Shown here piece by piece: positions 1 through 14,772 of a stretch of DNA of 64,000 nucleotides. Source of the DNA: Flaccisagitta enflata (lineage: Eukaryota); NCBI GenBank assembly GCA_965153355.1, contig OZ231126.1:12586001-12650000 (forward strand), written 5' to 3'. The number at the start of each line of letters is the position of its first letter. Position 1 is the first letter of the stretch. The position numbers were made by a program, and so were the translations under genes. The notes below the pieces were generated by a model, which was not told the origin of the DNA, searched no databases, and was given only the letters and a program-made list of their open reading frames with translations.

Positions 1-284
1 AAAGAAAGAAAAAATAGACGAAAAAGATGAAAGAGAGAAAGAAGTATGGAAAAAGTATGGAAGAAGTATGGAAGAATGAAACAGAGTTCCAGAGAAGACA
101 GGGAGGAACGAATGAGAAAGAGAGAGAGATGGGCGAGAGTCAGAGAGAGATCTCAAAGCAATTACTTCCCTTGCAAAAACAAATAGCAACAACTGGAAAC
201 AAAGACTTTCACACTCAACCAGAGGGGGAACACCACTGGTCACAAGCTCAAAGCAAATTCCACACATGTCCATCTCTCTGGACA

Positions 285-378
<94 letters not shown>

Positions 379-405
379 GTGTATCTGTGGCTATATATAT
401 ATATA

Positions 406-477
<72 letters not shown>

Positions 478-1771
478 CTCTCCTCTTTTTAATCATGGAT
501 TCGTGTCAGCCCTGTCTTACAAGGGTAGTGTATTAACGAAGGAAATGTTTTAACAGTTGATCAAGAATTCGACAGCAGAATTTCCGATGAATCCGATTAG
601 AATGATATGAGTTTTCCTCCTCCCTCTATCTTTCAGCTCTTCTCCTTCTCTTTTCTCTTCTACTTTACGTTTCTTTCCTCCTTTTCCTCCTTTTCAAGTC
701 AACCCCCCCCTCCCCCGCTTCCCCCCTCCCCACCCGTCATCCACATCACTTTAATCTTCTATTTCCCAATTTTCTTCAAAGCTTCGCTACCATCTTAACA
801 TTTATATCACTTTCAATATTCCTCTCTTTTGTTTTTTTTAATTTTCTTCTCTTTCCCTTTTCTTTTTTCATCCCTTATCCAATCTTTTTTTTTCATCCTC
901 TTTTTTTCGTCCGATATGTGTCTTTGTTCCTTTCAAAACTTTTTCTTTTTACTTTTACCTTTTACGGGCAGCCGGGGCTAATCCCAGCCTCGAGGCTCAA
1001 ATCCCAGTGGGGCTCTAATCCCAGCCTTGAGGCTCAAATCCCAGCATAGGCTCAAATCCTGTCTGGAGACTCAAATCCCCAGTCCAGCCTCAGGCTCAAA
1101 TCCCCGACCTGGCTCAATCCCTGGCTGAGGCTCAAATACCCAGGCTCAAATCTGGCTCAAATCCTTGCAGCAAGGCTCAAATTCCAGCCTCAAGCTTCAA
1201 AACTTACTAAGCACAGGACACCGGCCCTCTCACCGTCACACTCACACAGGGGCAACAGGTACCACTGACCATCTAACGCTTTTGCGACTATTTACTTTTA
1301 CGGTCTTTCCTTTCCTCTTGCCTGCTCAATGTTCTCTAGATTTTTACTTTTGGATTTCTCCTGAATACTAATTTTTGATCTTATGTTTTTTTCTTAAAGA
1401 TTTTCCTTTAGCCTGCACATTTCGTTTATTTCTGTATTCTTCCTCCTAAAATGTCTTTTCTCCTAAATTACCGTACCCGTATCCGTATCCGTACCCTCTT
1501 ACTTTCTGCTCTCACCGATTCATATTTTTGCCTCAACCCCAGTCCCCACCTCAATCCGTCAGCTCAGTCCCCCTTCCAAAGTCTTTCCCTCCCCCCTTCG
1601 AAGTTTCCACTGTTCAATCTTCCCGATCCCTCTCCTCCTCCTCCTTCTCCTCCTCCTCCCCCTCCCTCCCGATCACTCAAAAACATTTTCACTCACTCCA
1701 TTTAATCCGTAATCCTTCATTCACGTGCCTTCGGGTCTCAAATCCTTTCAATTCCTCTGTCTGTCTGTCCA

Positions 1772-1876
<105 letters not shown>

Positions 1877-2168
1877 CTCCTGAATCCTTTACTCATTTCT
1901 CTACTCATGGGCATCCAACATTCTCTGCATTGCTGCTTGTTCATCCAACAGCAACACACACTCCTTCCTCCCTTCCTTAATCATCCCACTAATGCAATCT
2001 TTTCTTCCGCCCTTCATGTATCATCCCTATGTTTCTCCTTTGATAAGAAACTATACATCATCTACCTTGCTGATTGTTCATGTTCCACCTCCCTCCTTTC
2101 TTCCCTCCAAACCTTCCTCCTCACTTTCTCCCATTCCTCAACCTCCTTGCCTTCCTTTCCTCCCTCGC

Positions 2169-2467
2169 CAGGCGTGTATAAAGTTGAGCATTCCCGGGGG
2201 GGAATAAAATCAAAGGGTTTGGAGATGGGGAAAAAAATCAAAAGCTAAAAAAAAAGAAATAAGAAAATTTTGGAAGATTTCACACTTTTGGTAGTTCCAA
2301 ATGGTGGTCTCTCATTATCACAACACATTTGCCACTATTTAAACCTAGATATACTGTTTGTCCCAACTTTTCATAGATTTTTGAAAGCGAAACCTTGTCT
2401 ATGGAGAAGAAAATCAAAGGCAGGGGGGGGAATAGAATCAAAAGCCGCTCAATTATATACACCCCTG
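2169..2467. mobile_element. hAT-like MITE
   Basis: Termini caggcgtgtataaagttgagc / gctcaattatatacacccctg; 8-bp flanks tccctcgc / tccctctc. A second, 5'-truncated copy lies at about 18887-19154. Confidence 0.85.
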
Positions 2468-4221
2468 TCCCTCTCCCATCATCTCTCCCTATGTATCTTC
2501 ATTTATCAGTATCTTTGCGTCATCTACCATGTCACTTGTTCATTTTGGAGCTCCATCTCGCCCCTCATACTTGCTTTCCAGTCCCCCTCCCTCCCTTTCC
2601 TCCCCCCCCCCATACCTACCCCTCTTCTTCCCACTATCTCTCCTTCCCTCCCTCCTTTCTTTCCTTCCCTTCTTCCCTTTCCCTCATCTTATCCCCCTCC
2701 ATCCTCCTATTAAGGTGCATCCTAGCCTACTCTGTCGCGTTCCATTCATTCAGCCGTCATTCGTTTCTCCCCTCATCCTTACGTATCATGTCCCCTTCCT
2801 TTCCTCCCTTCCTTCTCCCTTACTTCTCTGTCATGTTTCATTCGTTTAACCTTCAATTCCCCCTCCCCCTCCCTCTCCCTCTCCTTACTCATGTGCATCC
2901 AAACATTTCCACTTGATCCTGTTTAAAGGTCGGCCTCATCGGATCTTCTCAGCTTCATTCTCTTTGATCGATTCCCAGCTTTTAGTCTTCTTTCTTGAGC
3001 GGTTTTCTTCTTTGCATTATCGTCTTTTGTTTCGCGACGCGTGCAACTCTCACGATCGATCACAACGTCGGTCTGTCTGTATACAGATCAATCACTTTGT
3101 CGGTCTGCTGTCCATCTTCTTAGCGCGGTGATTGTAGAGTGAAATGCCTGTCGGTTTGTCGGTTCGTTTGTCATCTGAATCTCATCTTGATTCCGGGGAG
3201 CTGTCTTTCTTGTGATCAGGTTCATTGATCGATTCATTGATCGGTAGGCTAGTTGGTTGTATGATCGATTAAGAGATACTTTCAATTCGTTTGATTTCAA
3301 CCGCAATTTTCCCATCGGAGTGTCACATGCGCGCACTTCCTCTGCCCTTAACTCGCTCTTTAACTTCGTTTGTAATGAACTCTTTCTTTCCACGATCTCT
3401 CAATACGAGAACTTTCGTCTTTGTCACTTGTTCTCTCTTACATCTCATTCCAACACCAAGAGCCTTTGTAGGGTAGAATGCCATGGGTTTTGTGAAAACA
3501 AGTCATCCAAGGATCGCACATGGTCAGCGGTACCCGATGCCCTGCTAAGAGTGATCCAGTAAAGAGGTGGAGTGAGAGCAGGGCAGCGGCCCCAAAGGGC
3601 CGATGTCCTGTAGAACACAGGGGGGATTTCGAGACGTCCGTCCTTCCGTCTGTCCTGAGGGGCTCAAGATGGCTAATTTAGGCCACTGAAGGATATTTGA
3701 GGGCTGAGGCAGATTCGAGGTCTGAAGGGATTTGTAGCAAGAAGGGCTGATTGAAGCCTAGAGGCTAATTTAGAGCCTGGAGGGCCAACTCCGAGGCCTT
3801 GATAGTCAGAGGGGGGATGGATGGACGTCAGGACGGACAGGAAGGATGGACGGAGGAAGACAGACGGACGTCTCAAAAGTCACCAAGTGATTAGGACATC
3901 AATTGGGGCCGCTGTGATGTAAGTGAGCCCTCGATGAGGTGTTGATAATCCTCATTCTTGAACGGAACCGCCTTCATGATTGGCTCCGGGTATCGATTAT
4001 TTTCGCACAATAGCCCCTCTTTTACAGATGTGGATTAAGAGTAAAGGTCTACATCCTGAAACCAACCTGATGCCAGTATGACATTCAAAACTGAAGGCGA
4101 GTGTGAAGATGCACACGAGAAATGAAGAATAATCGACAGAGAAACAAAAAAAAAGGATAATAGAAACAATAAAACCTAAATATCAAAATCGAAAACAGAA
4201 AAACCGAACGAACGAAGAAAC

Positions 4222-6680
4222 ATGGAAATTTCCTCAAAAGCAGAGCGACCATTTTCCTGCGACTATTGCCCCAAAACTTTTAAGGTTAAAAAATGTTTAT
4301 CAGTTCATGTAAAAAATCATATGGGCGTGTATGCGAGGCAAGATTTATCAGAAAAAGCGTTTTGGATCAACATAGATTGGGCCACAACACAACACGATCT
4401 TTCCTTTGTTCCCAATGTGGCTTTGCTGCCACCACCAAAAACAACCTTCTCCGTCATCAATATGTCCACAAGGAAAAAATATTTCAATGTGACTCGTGTG
4501 ATTACAAGTGTAAAAGAAAAGACCGTTTGCGACTTCATTTGGCTGTCCATCTCGGTATAAAACCTTACTCCTGCCAGTTTTGCGCTAAAACGTTTGTAAG
4601 CGTGAGTAACAAAAACGCTCACGAAAAAAGTCACTCTGTAGAAGAAACGAACGGCTTCAATTATCGATGCGATTCATGCTCATTTAAGGCTAACTGCAGT
4701 TTCTCCTTAAAACGTCATTCGATCAAGCATTCATTACAAAATCCGCTCTCATGCCACATTTGTAACGACCTTTATGCTTGCAAAAGACTTTTGTCTACCC
4801 ATTTGAAGGAGGTACACCATATGACAGTTGGGGAAATCCAGGGTCTTGTGCCAGCGGAAAACCACAAAGCAAAAGCCGGGAAATCAGCAAAGTCAAAGGT
4901 TAAAGAGGCACCTTTCCAGCAAACAAATGATCAATCGAAGACAGACAAAAGAAAAAAACTAAAATGTCACATTACATCTAAACCAAAAATTTCCTCACAA
5001 AAAAACCGTGACAATGAATCGGAAGTTCGTGAAGCTTCACCTAGCGATGTATACCGCGAGAGTAATCAATCTAAGAAAAAGGATATTTATAGTAAATATA
5101 AATGCAGCTCATGTCCTTATAGAGCAAAATGCAGCTATTCGCTGAAAAGACACTTGATGAAACACAAATTGCAGAACCCATTATCCTGCCACATTTGCCA
5201 CGATCTGTTCAGAAACAAAGCTCTAATTTCCATGCATTTAAAGGAGGTACACTTACGTGCCAACAGTGCAGCGCAACACACTTCCATAGACCGTGAACAA
5301 CGCGAAGGAATCTCCACAAAAGATGTTGCGATGCCAGAAAACCCCAAAAGGAAAAGTATTGAAATCAGGATTCCCAAAGAAATTGGTACGACAAACGTTG
5401 AAAAACTAGCCAAAGGCAAGACTAAAGCAAAACATCAAACGAGTGCTTTGACAAAGGCAAGAATTACGTCCAAAGCTAATTTCACTGCTGTAAAACGGAA
5501 ATATTCAACGAAAATTGTCGATAAAAGACCAGAATCCCAAGATTCTGATACCTCACAAAAAGCGTCAACCATTCATCAATGCAACATTTGTTATAAACAA
5601 ATAGTAAATCGATATGGTCTATGGGGTCATTTAAAAGAACATGCGGAGAAAAAAGATTTTGACTGTGAACCATTTGGCACTGCATTTATACAAAAAATTG
5701 TAGAAAAAGATTCAGAGGAAAACAATGGTGAAATAGTTACATCAAGAGATAAGGAAGACGCTACTTCAGTGAAAGAGATATCCAGCTATCAATGCCACGT
5801 TTGTTATAGGAAGATATCCGGTCGCGGAAATCTTCATATTCACCTGCTGCAACACTTAAGGGGAAGTGAGTTCAAATGCGATCAATGTAATTATGTAACT
5901 AAAATCAAGTACAACCTTTCCTTGCATATCAAGACGCAACACGGAGAATCTAAGAGTAAAATCGTTGAGTGCCAGGAATGCACGCAGGTGTTTAAAAACA
6001 AACGTATGCTAGATCGCCACTTAAAAAACATTCATGATCATGGTGAAACCCTTAGCTGCCAATTTTGCAAGTATACAACGAAGTACAACAATTATCTAAA
6101 AAGACACGAGCAAATCCACCAAGTGAAGCGATTTGCTTGTAATCAGTGCGACTACACAGCTAGAACAAGACATTATTTAACGGGACACATAAAACGAATT
6201 CACACAGAGGCAAAACCTTTTCAGTGCAGATTTTGCGATTTCAAAACTAACAACCCAGGAGCACACTGGAGGCATGAGAAAAATCATAGCGCGGAGAAAC
6301 CCCTCAAATGTGACTTGTGCGATTACGCTTGCAAGTTCAAATCAGAGTTAAATAAGCACCAAGAGAGGCACTCCAAAGCAAAGCCCTTCTCTTGCCAGAC
6401 GTGCTGCAGGGCATTCAAATCTGAAGGGACTTTGAAACAGCATCAATACACGCACACCGGAGAAAAACCGTTTGGATGTGATCATTGCAAATTCCGATGT
6501 AATCAAACCAGCATACTCAAGAGACATTTACTCACTCACACGGATAAAAAAGACTTTCCGTGTAGATTCTGCACCCATGTTTTTCGGCACAAAAATGCGC
6601 GAAAATTTCATGAAGAGCGAAAGCATGCTGGTCAAGAAGTTCTCGAGAATGATAATGCGACATCTGTGGAAACGCATTGA
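4222..6680 (+). CDS. Multi-C2H2 zinc-finger protein, intronless coding region, one frameshift near 4320-4335
   Basis: ORF 4293-6680 has 18 complete C-x2-C-x12-H-x3/4-H fingers plus one lacking its first Cys, with linkers HTGEKPF, HTEAKPF, HSAEKPL. ATG 4222 opens another frame with one more finger (ERPFSCDYCPKTF..HVKNH). An acceptor-like cccctcttttacag ends at 4027. Confidence 0.9.
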
Positions 6681-6826
6681 ATGGCTTGGAAACAAAAACG
6701 AAATGATTCTTCGTTTCACGCACATGCGCGTTACTTGTTTAATGAAATAGTGGATAGATCCCAAAACGTTCATCTTTAAAACATATCAAATCATGCTGTA
6801 AATTGATTGTAGTTTAGTTCACCAAA

Positions 6827-7442
6827 CACTGTCCTCTCAGCGTGAAATCAGGTGAAAAGTCATCGTACAGTAGGTTTTTTTGTAGTTTGTGATAGTTTGA
6901 GGGTTACTTTAATTAAAATTGACAGTTATAAAATCTTTTCAAGGGCGCTTTTTGAGAAATATGAAAAAAAGTAATTTTAGCCTCATTTTGAATTGAGAAT
7001 TTTTCAACTCATCCAAACCTCTTTTTTGATAGCAAATTTGTAATCTTGATGATATTACCTTTCGTTCGATAGGTCGCACTATATGTTTTTAAGAAGAAAT
7101 AGAAATTTCAATTTCTGAGCCACCGTTATAATTTTGCAACGGTGGCTAAAAAAAATTGAAAATTATCATCCTTTAAGAAAGTATACAATGCGACATATCA
7201 AACGAAAGGTAATGTCATCAGGATTACAAATTTTCTAACAAAATAGCGGTTTGGTTAACTTCGAAAGATCTATATTCAAAATGAGGTTAGAAATTTTCTT
7301 TTTTTCAAATTTCTCAAAACGCGCCCTTGACAAGATTTTATGAGTGTTAATTATAGTTCATACAACCCTCAAACTATGAGAAACTGCAAAAAACCGAACT
7401 GTACTATGAATTTTGACCTGGACTCACGATGAGAGGAGAGTG
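6827..7442. mobile_element. Fully palindromic foldback/MITE
   Basis: Arms are reverse complements around the centre agccaccgtt...aacggtggct (about 7118-7148); clearly homologous to 26662-27291. Confidence 0.85.
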
Positions 7443-7492
7443 CAAAATAAACAAAACAAATTATACATGATTTTTTTTTCATTTCATAGAAA

Positions 7493-7538
<46 letters not shown>

Positions 7539-8210
7539 TTTCGAATGGAACGAAAATTTTGATGAATCCAAATTTTCCCATCCGTGGAAAGATGCGCAGA
7601 GGAATTGCTTTGGAAAAGAGTGAGACAAAGAGAGTCAGAGACAGATAAAAAGAAAGAAAAAGAAACATAGACATGGTCAGATAAAGAGACAGAAACAGAG
7701 AAAAAAGAGGCGCAAAAGAATTGCATTGGATATGGAAAAGAGGAACATTCATATGCAAAATTAGAGATAGATAGATGTTGAGACAAAGACAAGGATTGAT
7801 ATAGAGACAAAGAGAGAACGAGGGAGAAAGATAAATTGATGGAGAGTATAAGAGACAGGGACAGAAGCTCAGCGTCCTACAGGGAACGAGGAACAGAGGT
7901 AATCGCAGAGACAACGGTAAGGAAACCGACACCGGGATAGGTAAGTAGGGAACACATAGCCCACAGGAGTAGTTAGAGAGGGTGAGACGGTCAAGAGCAG
8001 AAAAATGTTTGATACATGGACAAGAATAGACAGAGTCACGGTGATAAACACATTTACAGAAACAGGTGCAATCATGGACAGAGGTAATGAGAGAAACAGG
8101 GATAGAAAAGCGGACAGAAAAAAAGGTTGGCACATGTCTCTCTGTGCCTCTGCGTCTCTGTGTCTCTGTGTCTGTCTCTGTCAGTCTCAGCGTCTTTCTC
8201 TGCCTCTTTT

Positions 8211-8334
<124 letters not shown>

Positions 8335-8937
8335 CTATATTTCTTAATGTGGAGTGGGAACCGTTCAGTTGGGGAACCTGCCTCACATGTTCTATGGAAT
8401 GCTGAATCAACAAAAAAAGAACAAGCGTTCTAATTTAATAATGAAATAATTATAATATGAGAGTGAATCAAAATGCAAAGGATTTTGAATGGACCGATTT
8501 GTTCGACGTTATTATTGAACTGCAATGCATTGCTGAATGTTTAACGCCTCAACCTTATGAACCAGGCAATATCCGTTAATTCGCGGCAGCAGCGCTGCTA
8601 ACAGCAGCAGCGACAGCAACAGCAGCGTTGTACTGCATCATCTAAAGGAACAACAGAAGTCGACTTCGTGGGCACAGAAGCAGTTTCCATTCTTTTTAAT
8701 TCTTTGGACACGCAACTCTATAAGTTATTATTAGCAGATCCGTCGGTCCGTAATGATCGAATTGGAAAGTATAAAACATGTTACCCTACCCACCAGCCGT
8801 AACCTGGTAGCCGTTTATCCGGCCTTGTTTCAAATCGCGCGTCTTTCTTTTCGTTTCTTTCTTCATGGAACTAGGTCGTCTTTTTCATGGGATTTAGTGT
8901 CAAATGTTTGTCTCAAGATTTCGAAGTTGACTTACAA

Positions 8938-8990
<53 letters not shown>

Positions 8991-9236
8991 CAGAAAGACA
9001 GGCAGACAGAGCAAAAGGGAAAAAGAAAGGGGAGAAATAGACAAACTTAAGGATAGACAGGAAAAAAAAAGAAATCAGAAACAGACCCACCTAGAGAGTT
9101 AAGAGAGAGACGAAAAGCGAAGGGCAAGGATAAAGAGACGAGAGTGGGGGGGGGGGGAAGAAAGACACCAGTGGGGGAGCAATGGGCTAGAAAAGGGGGG
9201 GGGGGAGAGTGGTAATGCTTGAAAGAAAAATGCGAT

Positions 9237-9787
9237 TTAGCGACGTCTGAGCAAGACAGCTAAAGCGAAAAAGCCGAAATTCGATGTAAAACCAGCTTGA
9301 AGTATTGGTCCATGGTCCACCTCCCGCAGACTGGAACTGCATTTCCACCTGCTACCTTCACCGTCATGGATTCCCCGACGTGCAACAGATGTCATTGACA
9401 CAAACGTTACAGATATCATTGGCACAGATGTTACAGATGTCATCGACACAAATGTTACAGATGTCATTGTCACAGATGTTACAGTTGTCATTGGCACAGA
9501 TGTTACAGATGTCATCGACACAAACGTTACAGATGTCATTGTTATAGATGTTACAGATATCATGGACACAAACGTTACAGATGTCATTGATACAAACGTT
9601 ACAGACGTCATCGACACAAATGTTACAGATGTCATTGGCACAGATGTCACCGATGTTATCGGAACAGACATCACAGAAGTCGTCGACTTGAACGTACCAA
9701 CAGGTGTCGAAACAAACTTCATGGCATCAGCATGACATGACATTTGTCACGAACACAGACTTTTCAGCATGGCTATTGACGCCACAG
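9237..9787 (-). other. Possible Thr/Ser-rich (mucin-like) coding segment with a 24-bp repeat
   Basis: About 12 units (9385-9680) read TSVTFVSM/TSVTSVPM on the minus strand with many third-position differences. Minus-strand acceptor tctcctttcccag at 9788-9800 and a hydrophobic end (FGFFALAVLL). An in-frame TGA lies between the acceptor and the ORF. Confidence 0.35.
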
Positions 9788-10029
9788 CTGGGAAAGGAGA
9801 TTTCATGCTAGCTCCACTCAAATTTTTCAAGATTTCATGCTGTCTCCACTCAAATTTTTCACCAATTTTGGAATTTTCAAATCAGCATTTTGGTGATCAT
9901 GTCTCCTTGATGAGTAATGATACCTTGCAACGGTCAAGATTCCAGTAATGCAGGGTTGTCGGTTTGGATGGAACATTTTCATTCTCTCTTAGTCTCTTCC
10001 TATCTGACTGTCTGTCTGTCTGTCTGTCT

Positions 10030-10129
<100 letters not shown>

Positions 10130-11097
10130 CCTTTCTCATTCTAGACGCTCATTTGGTAGACCACTCCATCTCGCAATATAAGCAACATAATAGATGACTT
10201 TTCAGCCAACTCCATCTAATGTTCCTGCCGTTTCGTTTTTCTCGTTGTACATGAAATATTTCCCCCTTTTCGTTGATACCATTAAAGAAAATCAATGTTC
10301 AAAAAAGATGATGGACGATAAGGACGTTAAAGCAAAAAGTCCAGTGACGACGATGACGATGACGATGACGACGATATGAACAAAAACGGATGACGCCCCG
10401 CAATGTTAGGAAGGCCCACGACGCTTGTTCTAATGTAATCTAACATGAAACAACATGAATCGAAAAAAAGGAAAATAAAAAAGTGGTGAAGAGAAAAGGA
10501 ATGAAAAGAAAAAAGAAGAACAAGAAGGATAAAAAAAGGCGTAAAATATCAAATTTGGTGGGGGCAGCAAAAGTGAAGAATAACAAGATTGAGAGGGAGA
10601 TGAAAAAATAATAGAATCAATGTTGTGGAAGTTTGAGAGGATGGGAGAAAAAAAACAGAAATGCTAAAATGTTAATAGTGAAATTTGTGACTTCTGGGAA
10701 CAAATTGTACTAAATGCGAATAGTGTAATTAATCAACTTCCCTAATCAGAACATGAGGGTGGATATATGTTAATTACGTATGCCTGTCTTTGTAATAGGT
10801 GAGTTCAGGTGTCTAGGGCCAAAGATACACTTTGTTTTCAGGACAGGTATCATGTATGACAAGTAGAACTGCATGCAAAAACTAAACAAAGCAACCCCCC
10901 CCTAAAAAGTCAAGTGACACTGACGAATAGGGCGGCTGATTTTAGCAATGAGTCTTGGAAAGAAGGGTAATTTTAGAAAAAAGAAAAAAGAAAAAAAAAT
11001 TGAAAAAAAATCTGACACGAAATTAAACCAAAATTGGGCTTTTACGCGCTGCAATCGGAGAGTAATTTGAAAAGCCACAATCGTCTGAGACAAAGGC

Positions 11098-11157
<60 letters not shown>

Positions 11158-11570
11158 ATAAACAAACAACACGAAATAGACTCATGCTGAACCACCCACA
11201 AATGAAGAACTCATTTGTGGTTTCTAGTAGTCTTTTTGTTTTCCTTATCACCTCATCATCTTTCCTATTCGTCTTAAATGTTCGTCTTCGTCTTCGTCTT
11301 CGTCTTCGTCTTCGTCTTCGTCTTCGTCTTCTTTTTCTTGCCATCTCTGCTATTATTTTGTCCCCATTTTTGTTGTTTGTTGTTATTTATTTTGTTTTTT
11401 TGTTGTTAATGAATTTGTGGTTAATAGTTGGGTTGTTGTTGTTGTTGTTGTTGTTTGTTATTATTATTATTGTTTTATTTATTATTGTTATTGTTATTGT
11501 TATTATTATTTATTATTATTATTGTTATTGTTGTTATTGTTATTGTTATTTGTTTTTTTTATTGTTGTTT

Positions 11571-11623
<53 letters not shown>

Positions 11624-13069
11624 CAGTTTCTCCATCCTCTCCCGTTCGCACTTTTGCTTCTCCTCTCCTCCACCATCTTCTTTTTTCCAACATTCTTCCT
11701 TTTTTTGCCCCCTGATTTTTTCATTTTATTAATTTTCCAAACGATTGTTTTCCCATTCCAGTCAGTTAGTCCCTCCGCCTCATAAAACACGTGCTCCGCG
11801 ATACTTCTTCTATTTCTTCTTCTCCTCTTCCTCCTTCTTCTCCTTCTCCCCACTCCTCCATCACCTCCCCTACCATCCCCACCACCCCCACCACCACTCC
11901 ATAAAACGTGTCATTGTCATTGACAAATGTTTTCTTTCTTGTCCATTTTTCATCGATTGCTTACGAATCAATTCTTACTCAACCACTTGCATAAAAATGA
12001 GAGGAGAAGCTGCGTAGACTCAATTCTTGATTAGAAACAACATTACGACGACCTTCATTCAATGACAAACTGACTTCTTACTCCCGTTTTAGTCGCGTAA
12101 ACGTGGCTGTCTAGATTACTTTGGAGGTCCGCTGGTCCGTCTGACTGTCAGCCGGTTGGTCGGATTTTCAGTCATTCTTTTGGTGAGTCAGATCGTCCAC
12201 CACTTGTCGGATTAGGATAAGCTAACGTTCTATCGTTCAGATATCGCTCCATATAATGGGGGAATCTTCAGAGTAAACTGAAAAAAAATCACGTATATTA
12301 ATTTTTATCCGTTTTAAGTTTATTTTGGTTTCTACATTGCTTCCAGCACATATATCCCCTGCTTGTAAGTGCAGCGCCCTACCTACAAAATTGTTTCGTG
12401 ATGTAACATTGAATCGATTGCGATGAACCTCATTTGCATAATGCTGTTGTGGCTATGACGGGATAATTGTCCTTATTTGTGATAAGACTATATTTCAAGA
12501 AAGATCGTAGCATGTCAGAGATGTCAGGTGAGTGCGAATGTTCATGTTCGGAAAGATTTACTCTTAATGCGCCGTGTAAGCCTACTTTTATGACGTGTGA
12601 AGTCGGCACAGCTTAGTTTTCGAGACTTTAATATTAAAAAAAAATAGCAAACCATAATTATAAGGAATTGTTCTTTCTCGCTATTGGAGTCTTGGTAACC
12701 AAGGGGACTAGTGAAACCCTCCGGCCCTGCAACGTGGGATCTCTGCTGCTAAACTGGCGATAACGTCGCCATTTGTGACGAATTTTGGGATCTCCAAGCG
12801 ACTAGAATTTTTCATCTAGCTCCTGGCGAATTATCTGGCGATTTTTTTTCCAAAACCCCTAGCTAATCTAGCTAATTCTAGCGAATTTTAGCGAATTTCA
12901 GCCAATTTTATCCATTTTTGCTAAATACCATCTTGGCCATAAATATAAGCACAGCTTTAAAGTGTCATAACTCTTATAATTTTGATAGCAGAAATTTGAT
13001 TTTTTTTTCAAAATTTGCATCTTCGAAAAATCTATCAAATGAGACCAAGCTGGTTCCTGCATCTTTATT

Positions 13070-13155
<86 letters not shown>

Positions 13156-14039
13156 TGAATGAATTGTAATGCTCATCAAATGTGCGTTCATCACATCAAC
13201 AATGTAACATTGTTATGAGCTGTACATTAGTACAAAATATTTCAAAACAATTACGTTCAGTATTAAGAAACAAAGCCTGCATGTCGTCACCACAAATGTG
13301 GTTCGTTCATAAGTTTCTCTTAAACGACATTTTTGACTGGGATCATTTCACTATTGACTATTCATTTATGTATCAATGAAGTTCAGTTAATAAAGCGTAT
13401 CACTCATCACAGGTGTACATTACAAGATTGAATCAAATAGCTATAATAAATACTAAATAAATAAATTCAGAAAGCCCCATCGTCGTCGCCACTGTTGTGA
13501 CTCGTTCATAGGTTTCTCTTTAACGACTTTATGTGGCTTTGCTGTGTTATTACAGAGCAACAGGTTATGATTCCACGTGCATAGTGCCATGGGCATTCTT
13601 TACATTCCAGAGTTTTTGTATATGAGGCATGATCTTTCGTAGGGTATCGATATTGTTGGGGTACACATCCTGGAAATCGACTTGCTCTATTTTTTTGGAT
13701 TGGGATAGGTCTAAGAATTATTAACGAAAGGCGCAGCGTCTTGGCCGGTGTATCCAGCCTTGTTTTCGGTATGTTTTGATATTCATCAGAAAATTTTCAG
13801 TTGCAAACTGTAACTCTAAAAGAGGCTTTGACTGTCCATTGGTCCGTTGGTCTGTCCGTCCATTGGTCCTTTGGTCCCTCCATATGTCTGTGCGCGCAAC
13901 ATTATTTTGTTTGCTTGATGTAAACCTCACTTAGATTTGGTTCTTACTGTAAATCTTTACGCAACTTGAATCAGGATTCAGTATGATGAGAATTCAAACA
14001 CAAGTTTTTTGTTGCGTCTTTGAGTTGTGTGCGTGTGCA

Positions 14040-14114
<75 letters not shown>

Positions 14115-14322
14115 ATGTGTGTGTGTGTATTCATGTGTATATATCAGTGTTTGTGTGATATTTCATTTGCGTGATATAAACATTGCTTAGATTTTGTTCT
14201 TACAGTGAAACTATACCCAACCTGAATCAGGAAACGGTATGATGAGAATGTAGAAGGTGAAGGTTTGTTGTCAAAATGCATCATGTGTTCATCGAATATG
14301 AAAGCACCTCTGAGTTGTGAGT

Positions 14323-14378
<56 letters not shown>

Positions 14379-14650
14379 GTGTGTGTGCGTGTGTGTGTGT
14401 GTGTGTGTGTTGTGTGTGTGTGTGCGTGCATGGAATGTGTGTGCGTGTGTGTGTGTGTGTGTAGATTTATATGGAAACTTCATGGTCACCCTAATAAGGT
14501 TCCTGCTATTTCAGAGGCCCAAAATTTAGCATGGAATATTTATTTACCAAGCCTCAACTGTGTTAAGATCGGTGAGAGCCATAGTGGAAGTTTGGGGCGC
14601 TTTAGAAGACGTAGTACTTTAGAAGACGTAGTGCATAAGTGTGTATGCAT

Positions 14651-14772
<122 letters not shown>

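Noticed and set aside
2913-3562. Coding-like stretch, possible retroelement remnant
   Set aside because: Short ORFs on both strands with no recognisable RT, endonuclease or other motif.
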